From Patescibacteria group bacterium (lineage in GTDB: Bacteria > Patescibacteriota > JABMPQ01 > JAQVVF01): a stretch of DNA of 64,000 bases. The notes under the pieces are model-generated. The model made no database searches, was not told where the DNA came from, and saw only the letters and a program-made list of their open reading frames with translations. The DNA is taken from contig JBAZSC010000003.1 of assembly GCA_041662665.1 (NCBI GenBank), forward strand, positions 143,115 through 207,114. The letters run 5' to 3'. Shown here piece after piece: positions 37,495 to 46,977 of this stretch. A program made the position numbers and the translations under genes. The first letter of the stretch is position 1; each line of letters begins with the position of its first letter.

Positions 37495-38838
37495 ATGCAA
37501 AAAATGAAAACTAAAGAAGAAGTACTAACGTTATGTGAAAGAGAAAAAGTGAAATTTATTGACCTGCAATTTTCTGATTTATTAGGTCATGTAAAGTCAG
37601 TAACAATTCCAATTGCAAAATTACCTGAAGCAATTGATCAAAATATTTGGTTTGATGGATCTTCAATAGAAGGTTTTGCAAGAATTTGTGAAAGCGATAT
37701 GTATTTGAAATTAGATTTATCAACTTTTGCGATTTTACCATGGACAACTGATAACGGAAATGTGACTGCTCGATTTATTTGCGATGTTTATAAGCCAAAT
37801 GGCGAAGCATATGAAAGCGATCCAAGATATATTTTGAAAAAACAAGTTGCAAAAGCATTATCTTTTGGTTTTAAATATTTTGTTGGTCCAGAATTGGAAT
37901 TTTATTTAATGAAAAGAGATGAAAATGGGAAGATTATTCCATTGCCTCATGATCATGCTGGATATTTTGATTATGCAACTGATGAAGATTCAGAAGTGCG
38001 TAAAGATATGACAACAGCATTGCAAAAACTTGGAATTTTTGTTGAAGCTTTGCATCATGAAGTTGGACCTGGACAGCATGAAATTGATTTTAAATATGGC
38101 GATCCGATTACAACTGCTGATTCGGTTTTGACTTTCAAAATTGCTTTGAAACAAATTGCTAGAAAACATGGATTATTTGTGAGCTTTATGCCAAAGCCAT
38201 TTTTTGGTTTAGCTGGAAATGGGATGCATGTTCATCAAAGTATTTTTATGAATGAGCGGAATGCTTTTTATGATGCAAATGGTTTGTATCATATTAGTGA
38301 ATTAGCAAAATCATTTATTGCTGGACAGTTATTTCATATTAAAGCTTTGAATTCAATTTTAAATCCAATTGTTAATTCATATAAAAGATTAGTATCAGGA
38401 TATGAAGCTCCAGTTTATATTTCTTGGGGACAGGTTAATAGATCGGCTTTAGTTAGAATTCCAAGAGTAAATAGCAATAAACCAAGCGCAACAAGAGCTG
38501 AACTTCGCTGTCCAGATCCAGCTTCAAATCCGTATTTAGCATTTGCAACTATGTTAGCTTCAGGAATTGATGGAATAGAAAATGAAATGTTGTTGCCATT
38601 GCCTGTTGAAGAAAATGTTTTTGAAATGACAAATGAGGAAATGTTAAATCGAGGAATTGAAACTTTGCCAGCTAATTTGTTTGAATCATTAAGACATTTA
38701 GTAAAAGATCAATTATTGCGTGAGGTTTTTGGTGAGACAACTTTCAAAAAATATTATGATATTAAAATGAAAGAATGGGATAATTTTAGAATTTATGTTA
38801 CTGATTGGGAACGTGATAATTATTTGGAAAGATATTAA
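37495..38838 (+). CDS. glnA: Glutamine synthetase type I
   Basis: FDGSSIEGF, GPELEF, HHEVGPGQHEI, GNGMHVHQS, NRSALVRIP, ELRCPDP. Confidence 0.97.
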   Translation: MQKMKTKEEVLTLCEREKVKFIDLQFSDLLGHVKSVTIPIAKLPEAIDQNIWFDGSSIEGFARICESDMYLKLDLSTFAILPWTTDNGNVTARFICDVYKPNGEAYESDPRYILKKQVAKALSFGFKYFVGPELEFYLMKRDENGKIIPLPHDHAGYFDYATDEDSEVRKDMTTALQKLGIFVEALHHEVGPGQHEIDFKYGDPITTADSVLTFKIALKQIARKHGLFVSFMPKPFFGLAGNGMHVHQSIFMNERNAFYDANGLYHISELAKSFIAGQLFHIKALNSILNPIVNSYKRLVSGYEAPVYISWGQVNRSALVRIPRVNSNKPSATRAELRCPDPASNPYLAFATMLASGIDGIENEMLLPLPVEENVFEMTNEEMLNRGIETLPANLFESLRHLVKDQLLREVFGETTFKKYYDIKMKEWDNFRIYVTDWERDNYLERY

Positions 38839-38864
38839 ATATGAATCATGAATTATGAATTAAG

Positions 38865-38888
38865 AATAGGCGAAAGCCTATTTTTTTT
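38865..38888 (+). terminator. Intrinsic terminator
   Basis: AATAGGC-GAAA-GCCTATT plus T-run. Confidence 0.8.
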
Positions 38889-38933
38889 AAACGATTTTTG
38901 TTAAAATATGTATGAAAATAACTTTATAAAAAT

Positions 38934-39356
38934 ATGAAAATTAGTGTAAAAAAATTAAAACAAGAAGCAATTATTCCAAAATATGCTCATGATACAGATG
39001 CAGGATTGGATTTATATTCAATTGAAGATTATACTTTGAAATCTAAACAAAGATATATATTCAAAATTGGAATAAGTGTTCAGATTCCTGATGGATATGT
39101 CGGTTTGTTTTGGGATAAATCTGGTTTAGCTGCTAAATTTGGAATAAAAGTAATGGGCGGAGTGATCGATAATGGTTATCGAGGAGAATATGGCATAATT
39201 TTGTATAATACTTCTGATTGCGATTTTGTTGTTAAAAAAGGAGATAAAATTGCGCAAATGTTGATTCAAAAAGTTGAGCATGTTGAAGTTGAAGAGGTTG
39301 ATGTCTTGTCTGAAACTGACCGAAGTGATGGCGGATTTGGATCTAGCGGAAGATAG
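38934..39356 (+). CDS. dut: dUTP diphosphatase
   Basis: AGLDL, KSGLA, GVIDNGYRGE, IAQML, RSDGGFGSSG. Confidence 0.95.
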   Translation: MKISVKKLKQEAIIPKYAHDTDAGLDLYSIEDYTLKSKQRYIFKIGISVQIPDGYVGLFWDKSGLAAKFGIKVMGGVIDNGYRGEYGIILYNTSDCDFVVKKGDKIAQMLIQKVEHVEVEEVDVLSETDRSDGGFGSSGR

Positions 39357-39400
39357 CAAACACTCAAACAATAAAACAAAAAAACAATAAAACAAATCTT

Positions 39401-39841
39401 ATGAAAATTGAAAGTGTTTTTAAAAATGGTGAAAATATTCCTCCCAAGTATACTTGTGATGGTGAGAATATTAATTTGCCTTTAAAATTTATTGATGTGC
39501 CAGAAAATACAAAGAGCTTAGCTTTGATTTTTGATGATCCTGATTCGCCGTCTGGAATTTGGACGCATTGGATTGTTTGGAACATTGATCCCAAAAATTT
39601 AGAGATCAAAGAAAATAGCGTACCTAAAAATTCTGTTTTAGGAAAAACAACATTTGGCGAAATTGGATATGGCGGACCTTGTCCTGGATCAGGTGAGCAT
39701 CGTTATGTTTTTAAATTGTTTGCTTTAGATATTGTTCTTAATTTGGTTGAAGGTGCAGAAATTTCTGAATTAGAAAAAGCAATTGAAGATCATGTAATTG
39801 CTAAAGCTGAGTTAATTGGAAAATATGAACGTGAAAATTAA
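39401..39841 (+). CDS. YbhB/YbcL (PEBP) family protein
   Basis: YTCDG, DDPDSP, WTHW, YGGPCP, HRYVF. Confidence 0.93.
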   Translation: MKIESVFKNGENIPPKYTCDGENINLPLKFIDVPENTKSLALIFDDPDSPSGIWTHWIVWNIDPKNLEIKENSVPKNSVLGKTTFGEIGYGGPCPGSGEHRYVFKLFALDIVLNLVEGAEISELEKAIEDHVIAKAELIGKYEREN

Positions 39842-39856
39842 AATTAAAATTAAAAA

Positions 39857-40462
39857 ATGATTAAGTATATTTTGCATGGCGGTGCGACGAAAATAGATAA
39901 TAAATCGAATCAAGATTTTAATCAGGAAATTGTAAAAGATTTACAAGAGCCAATTAAGATATTGCTTGTTTGTTTTGCTAAGGATAAAGAGCAATGGAAG
40001 GATGCATTTGAAAGACATAAGAGCTATCTAATAAAATATAATTTAGGTAAGAATTTTGAATTCGCCTTAGCTGATGAAAATTCGGTGAGATTTATTGATC
40101 AGATAAAAAATAATCATGTTTTATATTTTGTGGGAGGAAGTGATGAGTTATTGCAAAAATATTTAAAGAAAATAAATGATTTAGGTACTTTATTTAATGA
40201 TAAAGTTGTTGTAGGTTCTTCAGCTGGAGCAAATATGTTAGCAAAATATTATTATTCAACTGACGATAATTGTATTAAAAATGGTTTGGGAATTTTGCCA
40301 ATTAAAGTTTTTTGTCATTATAAAAATAATTTAAAAGAGCTTGAAGAATTAAAAAAATATAAAGAGAATTTAAAAATATATACGATTTATGAAACGGAAT
40401 ATTTAGTTATAAAACAAATAATATCCCCCTGCCATGGGCAGGGTAGAAGTTTTGAATGTTAA
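39857..40462 (+). CDS. Peptidase S51 / class I glutamine amidotransferase-like protein
   Basis: YFVGG, GSSAGA nucleophile elbow, GLGIL, CHY. Confidence 0.8.
   Translation: MIKYILHGGATKIDNKSNQDFNQEIVKDLQEPIKILLVCFAKDKEQWKDAFERHKSYLIKYNLGKNFEFALADENSVRFIDQIKNNHVLYFVGGSDELLQKYLKKINDLGTLFNDKVVVGSSAGANMLAKYYYSTDDNCIKNGLGILPIKVFCHYKNNLKELEELKKYKENLKIYTIYETEYLVIKQIISPCHGQGRSFEC
40425..40449 (+). repeat. Family B palindrome inside the ORF 3' end (encodes PCHGQGR)
   Basis: CCCCCTGCCATGGGCAGGGTAGAAG. Confidence 0.7.
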
Positions 40463-40492
40463 ATGTTAAAAGTTAATTGTTAAATGTAATTT

Positions 40493-41143
40493 ATGAAAGG
40501 TATTTTTGCAGTAAATAAACCAAAAGGTCCAACATCAAATGACATTGTTCAGATTATAAAGCGTGAAAATAGAGGCGAGAAAGTTGGACATGCTGGAACA
40601 CTTGATCCTTTGGCAAGTGGTGTTCTTGTAATTGCTGTTGGCAGAGAAGCAACAAGAAAAATTTCAGAACAAGTGAAAAAAGAAAAAGAATATATTGCAA
40701 AAATAAAATTAGGCCAGAATAGTACAACTGATGACGAAGAAGGAGAAAAAGAAAATATTGAAGTAAAAGTTCAGCCTAATTTAGATGATATTAAAAAAGT
40801 TTTACCAAAATTTGTTGGTAAGATAATGCAGACTCCGCCAATTTATTCGGCAATTAAATTAAAAGGAAAAGAGGCATATAAGTATGCAAGAGCTGGAAAA
40901 GAAATTAAACTTGAAAAAAGAGAAGTTGATATCAAAGATATTAAGGTATTAGGATATTCCTGGCCAATTTTAGAAATAAATGTTGTAACTGGACCTGGCG
41001 TATATATTAGATCTCTTGCTCGAGATATTGGTCGTGAATTGGGTTGTGGAGGTTATCTTGCAGATTTACAGCGAACTAGAGTTGGTGATTTCACAATCGC
41101 TGATTCTATGCCGATTTCTAACGCTGAAAAACGCAGAAGTTAA
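40493..41143 (+). CDS. truB: tRNA pseudouridine-55 synthase (short form)
   Basis: KVGHAGTLDPLASG, PPIYSA, GVYIRSLARDIG. Confidence 0.96.
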   Translation: MKGIFAVNKPKGPTSNDIVQIIKRENRGEKVGHAGTLDPLASGVLVIAVGREATRKISEQVKKEKEYIAKIKLGQNSTTDDEEGEKENIEVKVQPNLDDIKKVLPKFVGKIMQTPPIYSAIKLKGKEAYKYARAGKEIKLEKREVDIKDIKVLGYSWPILEINVVTGPGVYIRSLARDIGRELGCGGYLADLQRTRVGDFTIADSMPISNAEKRRS

Positions 41144-41157
41144 CTGGTTTAAATAAT

Positions 41158-41913
41158 ATGAGCCTATTTGTAATTTTAGGACTTTGTATAATTTATTTTG
41201 TGGTTGGAATTTTTAGCGTGTCAGTTGGCGGAACAACATTAGTGATGGTCCCATTGTTGATTTATGCTGGCATGGATATTAAAACTGCAATTGCAACAAA
41301 TATGTTTGCGCTGATTTTTTTAAGTCTAAGCGGAATGTTTGGATTTAGAAAAGAAATTAAAAAACAACATATTTGGTGGTTAATTGCATTTGTTATTTTA
41401 ACTTTAATATCTTCTTTTTTGGGAGCAAAATTGGTTTTAGGAATAAATGAAGAAATTTTAAAAAAGATAATTGCAGTAATTATTATTTTGGCTGCAGGCA
41501 CCTTATTTATAAAAAAAGACGCTGGGTTGAATGAAAACAAAAATAAAATTGCGGTTTGGAAAATTATTGTTGGATTGATTTTGGTTTTTGTTTTGGGAGT
41601 TTATGGTGGATTTTTTAGTGGCGGGTATGTAACTATTTTGACTTATGTGCTAATTTTGTTTTTTGGATTAAGCTTTTTGCAGTCTGCATTTGATACAAAA
41701 GTGATAAACTTTTTTTCATCAGGCATAGCATGCGTTATATTTTTTGTTAACAATTTAATTGATTTTAGATTAGGATTAATATTTGCAGTATTTATTTCTA
41801 TCGGCGCATTGTTTGGAACAAAATTAGCGATTAAGAAAGGAAATAAGTGGATAAGAATAATTTATTTAACAGCAATTTTTATATTAGCAATAAAGTTATT
41901 ATTATTTGGATGA
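41158..41913 (+). CDS. TauE/SafE (TSUP) family membrane protein
   Basis: GGTTLVMVP, AIATN, GVYGGFFSGG; multiple TM helices. Confidence 0.88.
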   Translation: MSLFVILGLCIIYFVVGIFSVSVGGTTLVMVPLLIYAGMDIKTAIATNMFALIFLSLSGMFGFRKEIKKQHIWWLIAFVILTLISSFLGAKLVLGINEEILKKIIAVIIILAAGTLFIKKDAGLNENKNKIAVWKIIVGLILVFVLGVYGGFFSGGYVTILTYVLILFFGLSFLQSAFDTKVINFFSSGIACVIFFVNNLIDFRLGLIFAVFISIGALFGTKLAIKKGNKWIRIIYLTAIFILAIKLLLFG

Positions 41914-42024
41914 CGCGGAGTCAAAAATTTTTGTGACAAAATTTTTGACGCAGAAGCGAACGCAGAAAATGCGGAATTGCAATTTTATATATTAAAATTA
42001 TTTTAATAATTTATTAAAAAAAAT

Positions 42025-43356
42025 ATGGAAGAGAATATTAAGCCAAAAAAAAGAGGTATGGCGAGTTGGCTAAAAGTTTTTTTGATTATTTTGGTTACTA
42101 TAATTGTAGGAGGAGCGGCATATGGCGGAATTTTTTACTGGCATAATTTGAGAGGAATCTGGACATCAATTTTGCCAGCTAAAGAAAATATTGCAACAAC
42201 AATTGAAAATTCAGAAAATGTAGTTTTGCAAGAAAATAAGCAAGAAGTTTTTGTAGCTAATGATACACAAATGCCATTGCAATTGCCAGATGGATTTTCA
42301 ATCTCTATTTATGCAAAAGAATTGGGCAGTCCAAGAGTGATTGTCGATGATCCAAATAAAAATTTAATTGTCAGTTTAACGTCGAATGGAAAAGTTGTTG
42401 CTTTGCTTGATAATGATGCAAATGGAAAATCAGATGAAACAAAAGTTTTGGCAGAAAATTTGAATTCGCCACATGGTTTGGCTTTTGATTGCAAAGATTT
42501 GAATAATTGCAAATTATATGTTGCTGAATCAAATCAAGTTTCTATTTATGATTATGATGTCAACAAAGTAGAAATAAAAAATAAGAAAAAAATAATTGAT
42601 TTGCCAGATCAAGGAATGCATTTTACAAGAACATTATTGATTGATCCAAATATTAATAGATTATTAATTTCAGTCGGTTCTGATTGCAATGTTTGCAATG
42701 AAAAGGATAATAAACGAGCTTCAATCTTATCAGCAAATTTAGACGGTACTGATTTGAAAACTTACGCATCTGGTTTGCGAAATTCTGTTTTTATGACTAT
42801 GCATCCAAAGACTGGTCAGATTTTTGCTAATGATATGGGGCGAGATCTATTAGGCGATAATTTACCACCAGATGAAGTAAATATAATTAAAGAAGATAAA
42901 AAATATGGTTGGCCATTTTGTTATGGCAGGAATGTTCGTGATAATACATTTAATGATGATGTGCCAGTTGGTGTTTGTGCAGAACCTAATTATGTTCCTT
43001 CATATATTGATATGCAGGCACATTCTGCACCATTGGGACTACAATTTGTTCCGGATACTGCAAATTGGCCAGAAGATTTTAGAAATGATCTAATTATTGC
43101 TTATCATGGATCTTGGAATAGAACAGTGCCAACAGGATACAAGCTTGTTAAATATGATATGGATGCAAATGGCAATTATGTAGTTGATGAAAAAAGTTTG
43201 CCAAAAATGACTGATTTTATTACTGGCTGGCTAACTCCCAAAAATGAATCTTTAGGCAGACCAACTGGAATATTAATTCATGATGATGGAGTGATGTATA
43301 TTGCTGATGATAAAGCGGGCGTGATTTATCGCGTATTTTATGGAAAAGCTAGTTAA
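42025..43356 (+). CDS. PQQ-dependent sugar/sorbosone dehydrogenase family beta-propeller
   Basis: LPDGFSI, SVGSDCNVC, GLRNSV, PPDEVN, YGWPFC, AHSAPLG, HGSWNR. Confidence 0.9.
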   Translation: MEENIKPKKRGMASWLKVFLIILVTIIVGGAAYGGIFYWHNLRGIWTSILPAKENIATTIENSENVVLQENKQEVFVANDTQMPLQLPDGFSISIYAKELGSPRVIVDDPNKNLIVSLTSNGKVVALLDNDANGKSDETKVLAENLNSPHGLAFDCKDLNNCKLYVAESNQVSIYDYDVNKVEIKNKKKIIDLPDQGMHFTRTLLIDPNINRLLISVGSDCNVCNEKDNKRASILSANLDGTDLKTYASGLRNSVFMTMHPKTGQIFANDMGRDLLGDNLPPDEVNIIKEDKKYGWPFCYGRNVRDNTFNDDVPVGVCAEPNYVPSYIDMQAHSAPLGLQFVPDTANWPEDFRNDLIIAYHGSWNRTVPTGYKLVKYDMDANGNYVVDEKSLPKMTDFITGWLTPKNESLGRPTGILIHDDGVMYIADDKAGVIYRVFYGKAS

Positions 43357-43419
43357 AATAGTTAGACTGGTTAAATTTAGCGTAAAATTAATAAAATTGA
43401 TAAAATTAATAAAAAAAAT

Positions 43420-43908
43420 ATGGCGAAAAGAGTTTATACGCAAGTGTTTTGTGTTGTTGGAACAATTGTTGTAAAAGATGACAAAATTTTGTTGATTAGA
43501 GAAGCAGGAACAATTGATAAAGGTAAATGGAATTTGCCGGCTGGCTGGCTTGATTTGGGTGAAAATCCGATTGATGGCGCAAAAAGAGAAGCAAAAGAAG
43601 AAACTGGTTTAGATATAAAAATAACTGATTTTTTAGGGATTTATTCTTTAGTGCGTTTAGATTTGCAAAAAGTTGATGGATTTATTAGACATCCAATAAA
43701 ATTAATTTTCATTGGAAAAATAAATGGTGAGAAAATTGATAATATTGATAATGAAGAGATTGCTGAAGTGAAATGGTTTTCTTTAAGTGAGATTGAGAAG
43801 ATGTCAAAAAATGAATTGCGTGATATGGATATTAAAGATCAATTTAAAGATTGTTTAGCTGGTAAACAATATTCATTAGAAATAATTAAGCATACTATTA
43901 GAAAATAA
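43420..43908 (+). CDS. NUDIX hydrolase
   Basis: Nudix box GWLDLGENPIDGAKREAKEETGL. Confidence 0.93.
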   Translation: MAKRVYTQVFCVVGTIVVKDDKILLIREAGTIDKGKWNLPAGWLDLGENPIDGAKREAKEETGLDIKITDFLGIYSLVRLDLQKVDGFIRHPIKLIFIGKINGEKIDNIDNEEIAEVKWFSLSEIEKMSKNELRDMDIKDQFKDCLAGKQYSLEIIKHTIRK

Positions 43909-43917
43909 AATAAAATT

Positions 43918-44709
43918 ATGAAAAAAACAAAAATCTTGGTTTTAGCAATATTGTGTTTTTTGGTATCACCAGTATTTGCAAAAACTTATACTCTAGATGA
44001 AATTTCAAAACATAATAAGGCAACAGATTGTTGGATGTTAATTTCTGGTAAAGTTTATGATGTCACTTCATATTTTGGAGGACAACATCCAAGCGGTGAT
44101 GGTTCGATGTTGCCATATTGCGGGATTGATGCGACTGAAGGTTTTTCGACAAAGGGCAATATTGGAGAAGATCATAAAGTTAGATCTTATGATTTATTGA
44201 CTGAATATTATATCGGTGATTTGCAGGAAGAAACTATTGTTAATAAAACAGAAAAATTGGTTGTAAATGAAATAACGAATGAAACAAAAATTGAAGCAAA
44301 CCAAGCTAATGAATTAGGAACTACTGCTATTCAAACAAAAAGAGAGGTTGAACAGAATGCAATAGAATTCAAATATCCAAGCGCAATTGTTTCGGCAGCA
44401 ATAATTTTATTTATTTATTTTATTTTAGGTATTATTTATTTATTATCTTCAAATAAACCTTTATTTAAATTAAAAATAACTAAATTTACTAGCATTATCT
44501 TGTTTGTTACTTTTATTTTTTCTGGTCTTTTAGGATTATATTTGGCATTTTTTAATAATGCTTATTGGGGCGAACAATTGAATTTAAAATCAATTCACGT
44601 GGCTTTTTCAGTTGCTTTTGCTATTTCATCTATTATCCATATTATTTTGCATTTGAAACAAATTTTGAATTATTTAGCTATATCAAAACAAAAGAATGAC
44701 AATTTATGA
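43918..44709 (+). CDS. Cytochrome b5-like heme-binding domain plus membrane domain
   Basis: EISKHN..DCW..ISGKVYDVT, HPSG, CGIDAT; C-terminal TM helices with His residues. Confidence 0.8.
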   Translation: MKKTKILVLAILCFLVSPVFAKTYTLDEISKHNKATDCWMLISGKVYDVTSYFGGQHPSGDGSMLPYCGIDATEGFSTKGNIGEDHKVRSYDLLTEYYIGDLQEETIVNKTEKLVVNEITNETKIEANQANELGTTAIQTKREVEQNAIEFKYPSAIVSAAIILFIYFILGIIYLLSSNKPLFKLKITKFTSIILFVTFIFSGLLGLYLAFFNNAYWGEQLNLKSIHVAFSVAFAISSIIHIILHLKQILNYLAISKQKNDNL

Positions 44710-44937
44710 CGCAGTAAGATTTATTTCATACTTTTTTGTTGATAACATTTTTAAAACTTGTGTTATACTTTAAATGACTATAAAAGCTTCGAAAAATATA
44801 AATTGTTTAAAACAAAAATAAAAATAGCTGTTTTAGTAATTGAATGATTGATTACAGCTATTTTTTGTCCTCTATTTTTAAAGAAAAAACTTTAAGGAAG
44901 AGGATTTTTAATCCGCAAAAAATGAATTTGATGTTAA

Positions 44938-44970
44938 TCCGCCTTCGTCTTGCGAGACTATGGCGGATAA
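44938..44970 (+). repeat. Palindromic element A copy 9
   Basis: TCCGCC TTC GTCT TGCG AGAC TAT GGCGGA TAA. Confidence 0.85.
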
Positions 44971-45084
44971 AGTTAGTTTAATTTTTTATAGTCAGTCTAA
45001 TATAATAAAGTGCTTTAAAGTTTGCTTTTAAAAATTTATATATTAAAAATAATAAATATTTTCTATTAAAAATAAAATTAAAAT

Positions 45085-46977
45085 ATGAAGGATCAAAACA
45101 AACAAACAAAAAAGGAGAGAAAAGAAGTAAATGTTGATGTTCTGTCAACCATAGATGAATATTTAGGAAAGATGGATTGGCGAGTTTCAGCAAATGCAAA
45201 CCAAGGCTATTCTTTAGGCGGTATGATTTTGAATACTGCTGGAAAAGTAGTAGCTAATTATTGGTTGCACAAAATTTATCCAAAGGAAGTTGGAGAAGCG
45301 CATATCCATGGTGATTATCATATTCATGATTTGGATATGTTTTCAGGCTATTGCGCTGGTTGGAGCATTAGGCAACTTCTTGAAGAAGGATTTAATGGTG
45401 TTTCTGGTAAGGTTGAATCTGGTCCAGCAAAACATTTAGAAACAGCTTTGGGTCAAATGGTAAATTTTTTAGGAACATTACAAAATGAATGGGCAGGCGC
45501 TCAAGCATTTTCATCTTTTGACACATATTTAGCGCCATTTGTTAAAGTTGATAAATTAAGTTATGAAAGAGTTTTTCAATGCATTCAGCAATTTGTTTTT
45601 AATTTAAATGTTCCATCAAGATGGGGAACACAGACGCCATTTACAAATGTTACTTTAGATTGGGTTTGTCCAGAAGATATGAAAGATCGAAAACCAGTAA
45701 TTGGTGGAAAAGTCGTTGATTTTACTTATGGAGATTGCCAAAAAGAAATGGATTTAGTCAATAAAGCTTTTATTGAAACAATGATTACTGGAGATAATAA
45801 AAGCAGAATTTTTACTTTTCCAATTCCAACTTATAATATTACAAAAGATTTTGATTGGGAAAATGAAAATGTAAAATTATTATTTGAAATGACTGCTAAA
45901 TATGGCACTCCTTATTTTCAAAATTTTTTGAATTCAAGTTTAAAACCATCTGATGTCAGAAGCATGTGCTGTAGATTGCAATTAGATTTGCGTGAATTGA
46001 AAGCAAAAGGCGGAGGTTTGTTTGGTTCAGCAGAAATGACTGGCAGTATTGGTGTTGTAACTATTAATTTGGCAAGAATTGGTTATCTAGCTAAAACAAA
46101 AGAAGAATTTTTACAACGATTAGCAAGATTAATGGATCTTGCAAAGACTTCTTTAGATATGAAAAGAAAAGTAATTGAGGAAAACATGGAAAAAGGATTG
46201 TTGCCATATACAAAACGCTATCTTGGATCTTTGCATAATCATTTTTCAACAATTGGCATTAACGGATCTAATGAAGCCTGTTTGAATTTTTTAAAAAAAG
46301 ATATTTCTCATCCAGAAGCGAAGAAATTCATTGTTGAAGTTTTGGATTTTATGAGAAAAAAATTAGCTGACTATCAAGAAGAGACAAACAATTTTTATAA
46401 TTTGGAGGCAACTCCGGCAGAAGGAACGACTTATAGGTTTGCAAAAGAAGATCAGAAAAGATATCCAGATATTATTCAAGCTGGAACAAAAGATGCGCCA
46501 TATTATACAAACTCAACTCATTTGCCAGTTGGTTATACTGATAATCCAATGGAAGCTTTGGATCATCAAGATGATTTGCAGACTAAATATACAGGCGGAA
46601 CAGTATTGCATTTATTTTTGGGCGAAAGGATTATGAATTGGAAAGTTTGTCGAGATTTAGTAAAAAGAGTAGCTGAAAATTACAGATTGCCATATTTTAC
46701 GATGACTCCGACATTTAGCATTTGTCCAACGCATGGCTATTTGAATGGCGAGCAAAAGAATTGCCCAATTTGTGAAAAAGAATGCGAAGTTTGGTCAAGA
46801 GTAATGGGATATTTTAGACCTGTTTCACAATGGAATAAAGGCAAGCAAAGTGAATATAAAGAACGCAAAGAATATGAAATTAAGAATTTAAAATATGAAA
46901 ATAGCAGGATTTCAGAAATTAAGCCTATTGGAATATCCAGACCGGATTTGCGCAATAGTGTTTCTGCAAGGATGTAA
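45085..46977 (+). CDS. nrdD: Anaerobic (class III) ribonucleoside-triphosphate reductase, no ATP cone
   Basis: HIHDL, GYCAGW, SMCCRL, EATPAEG, glycyl-radical loop SRVMGY, zinc CxxH/CxxC. Confidence 0.95.
   Translation: MKDQNKQTKKERKEVNVDVLSTIDEYLGKMDWRVSANANQGYSLGGMILNTAGKVVANYWLHKIYPKEVGEAHIHGDYHIHDLDMFSGYCAGWSIRQLLEEGFNGVSGKVESGPAKHLETALGQMVNFLGTLQNEWAGAQAFSSFDTYLAPFVKVDKLSYERVFQCIQQFVFNLNVPSRWGTQTPFTNVTLDWVCPEDMKDRKPVIGGKVVDFTYGDCQKEMDLVNKAFIETMITGDNKSRIFTFPIPTYNITKDFDWENENVKLLFEMTAKYGTPYFQNFLNSSLKPSDVRSMCCRLQLDLRELKAKGGGLFGSAEMTGSIGVVTINLARIGYLAKTKEEFLQRLARLMDLAKTSLDMKRKVIEENMEKGLLPYTKRYLGSLHNHFSTIGINGSNEACLNFLKKDISHPEAKKFIVEVLDFMRKKLADYQEETNNFYNLEATPAEGTTYRFAKEDQKRYPDIIQAGTKDAPYYTNSTHLPVGYTDNPMEALDHQDDLQTKYTGGTVLHLFLGERIMNWKVCRDLVKRVAENYRLPYFTMTPTFSICPTHGYLNGEQKNCPICEKECEVWSRVMGYFRPVSQWNKGKQSEYKERKEYEIKNLKYENSRISEIKPIGISRPDLRNSVSARM

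Noticed and set aside
44710-45084. NrdR boxes or cobalamin riboswitch before nrdD
   Set aside because: No convincing match to either consensus by eye.
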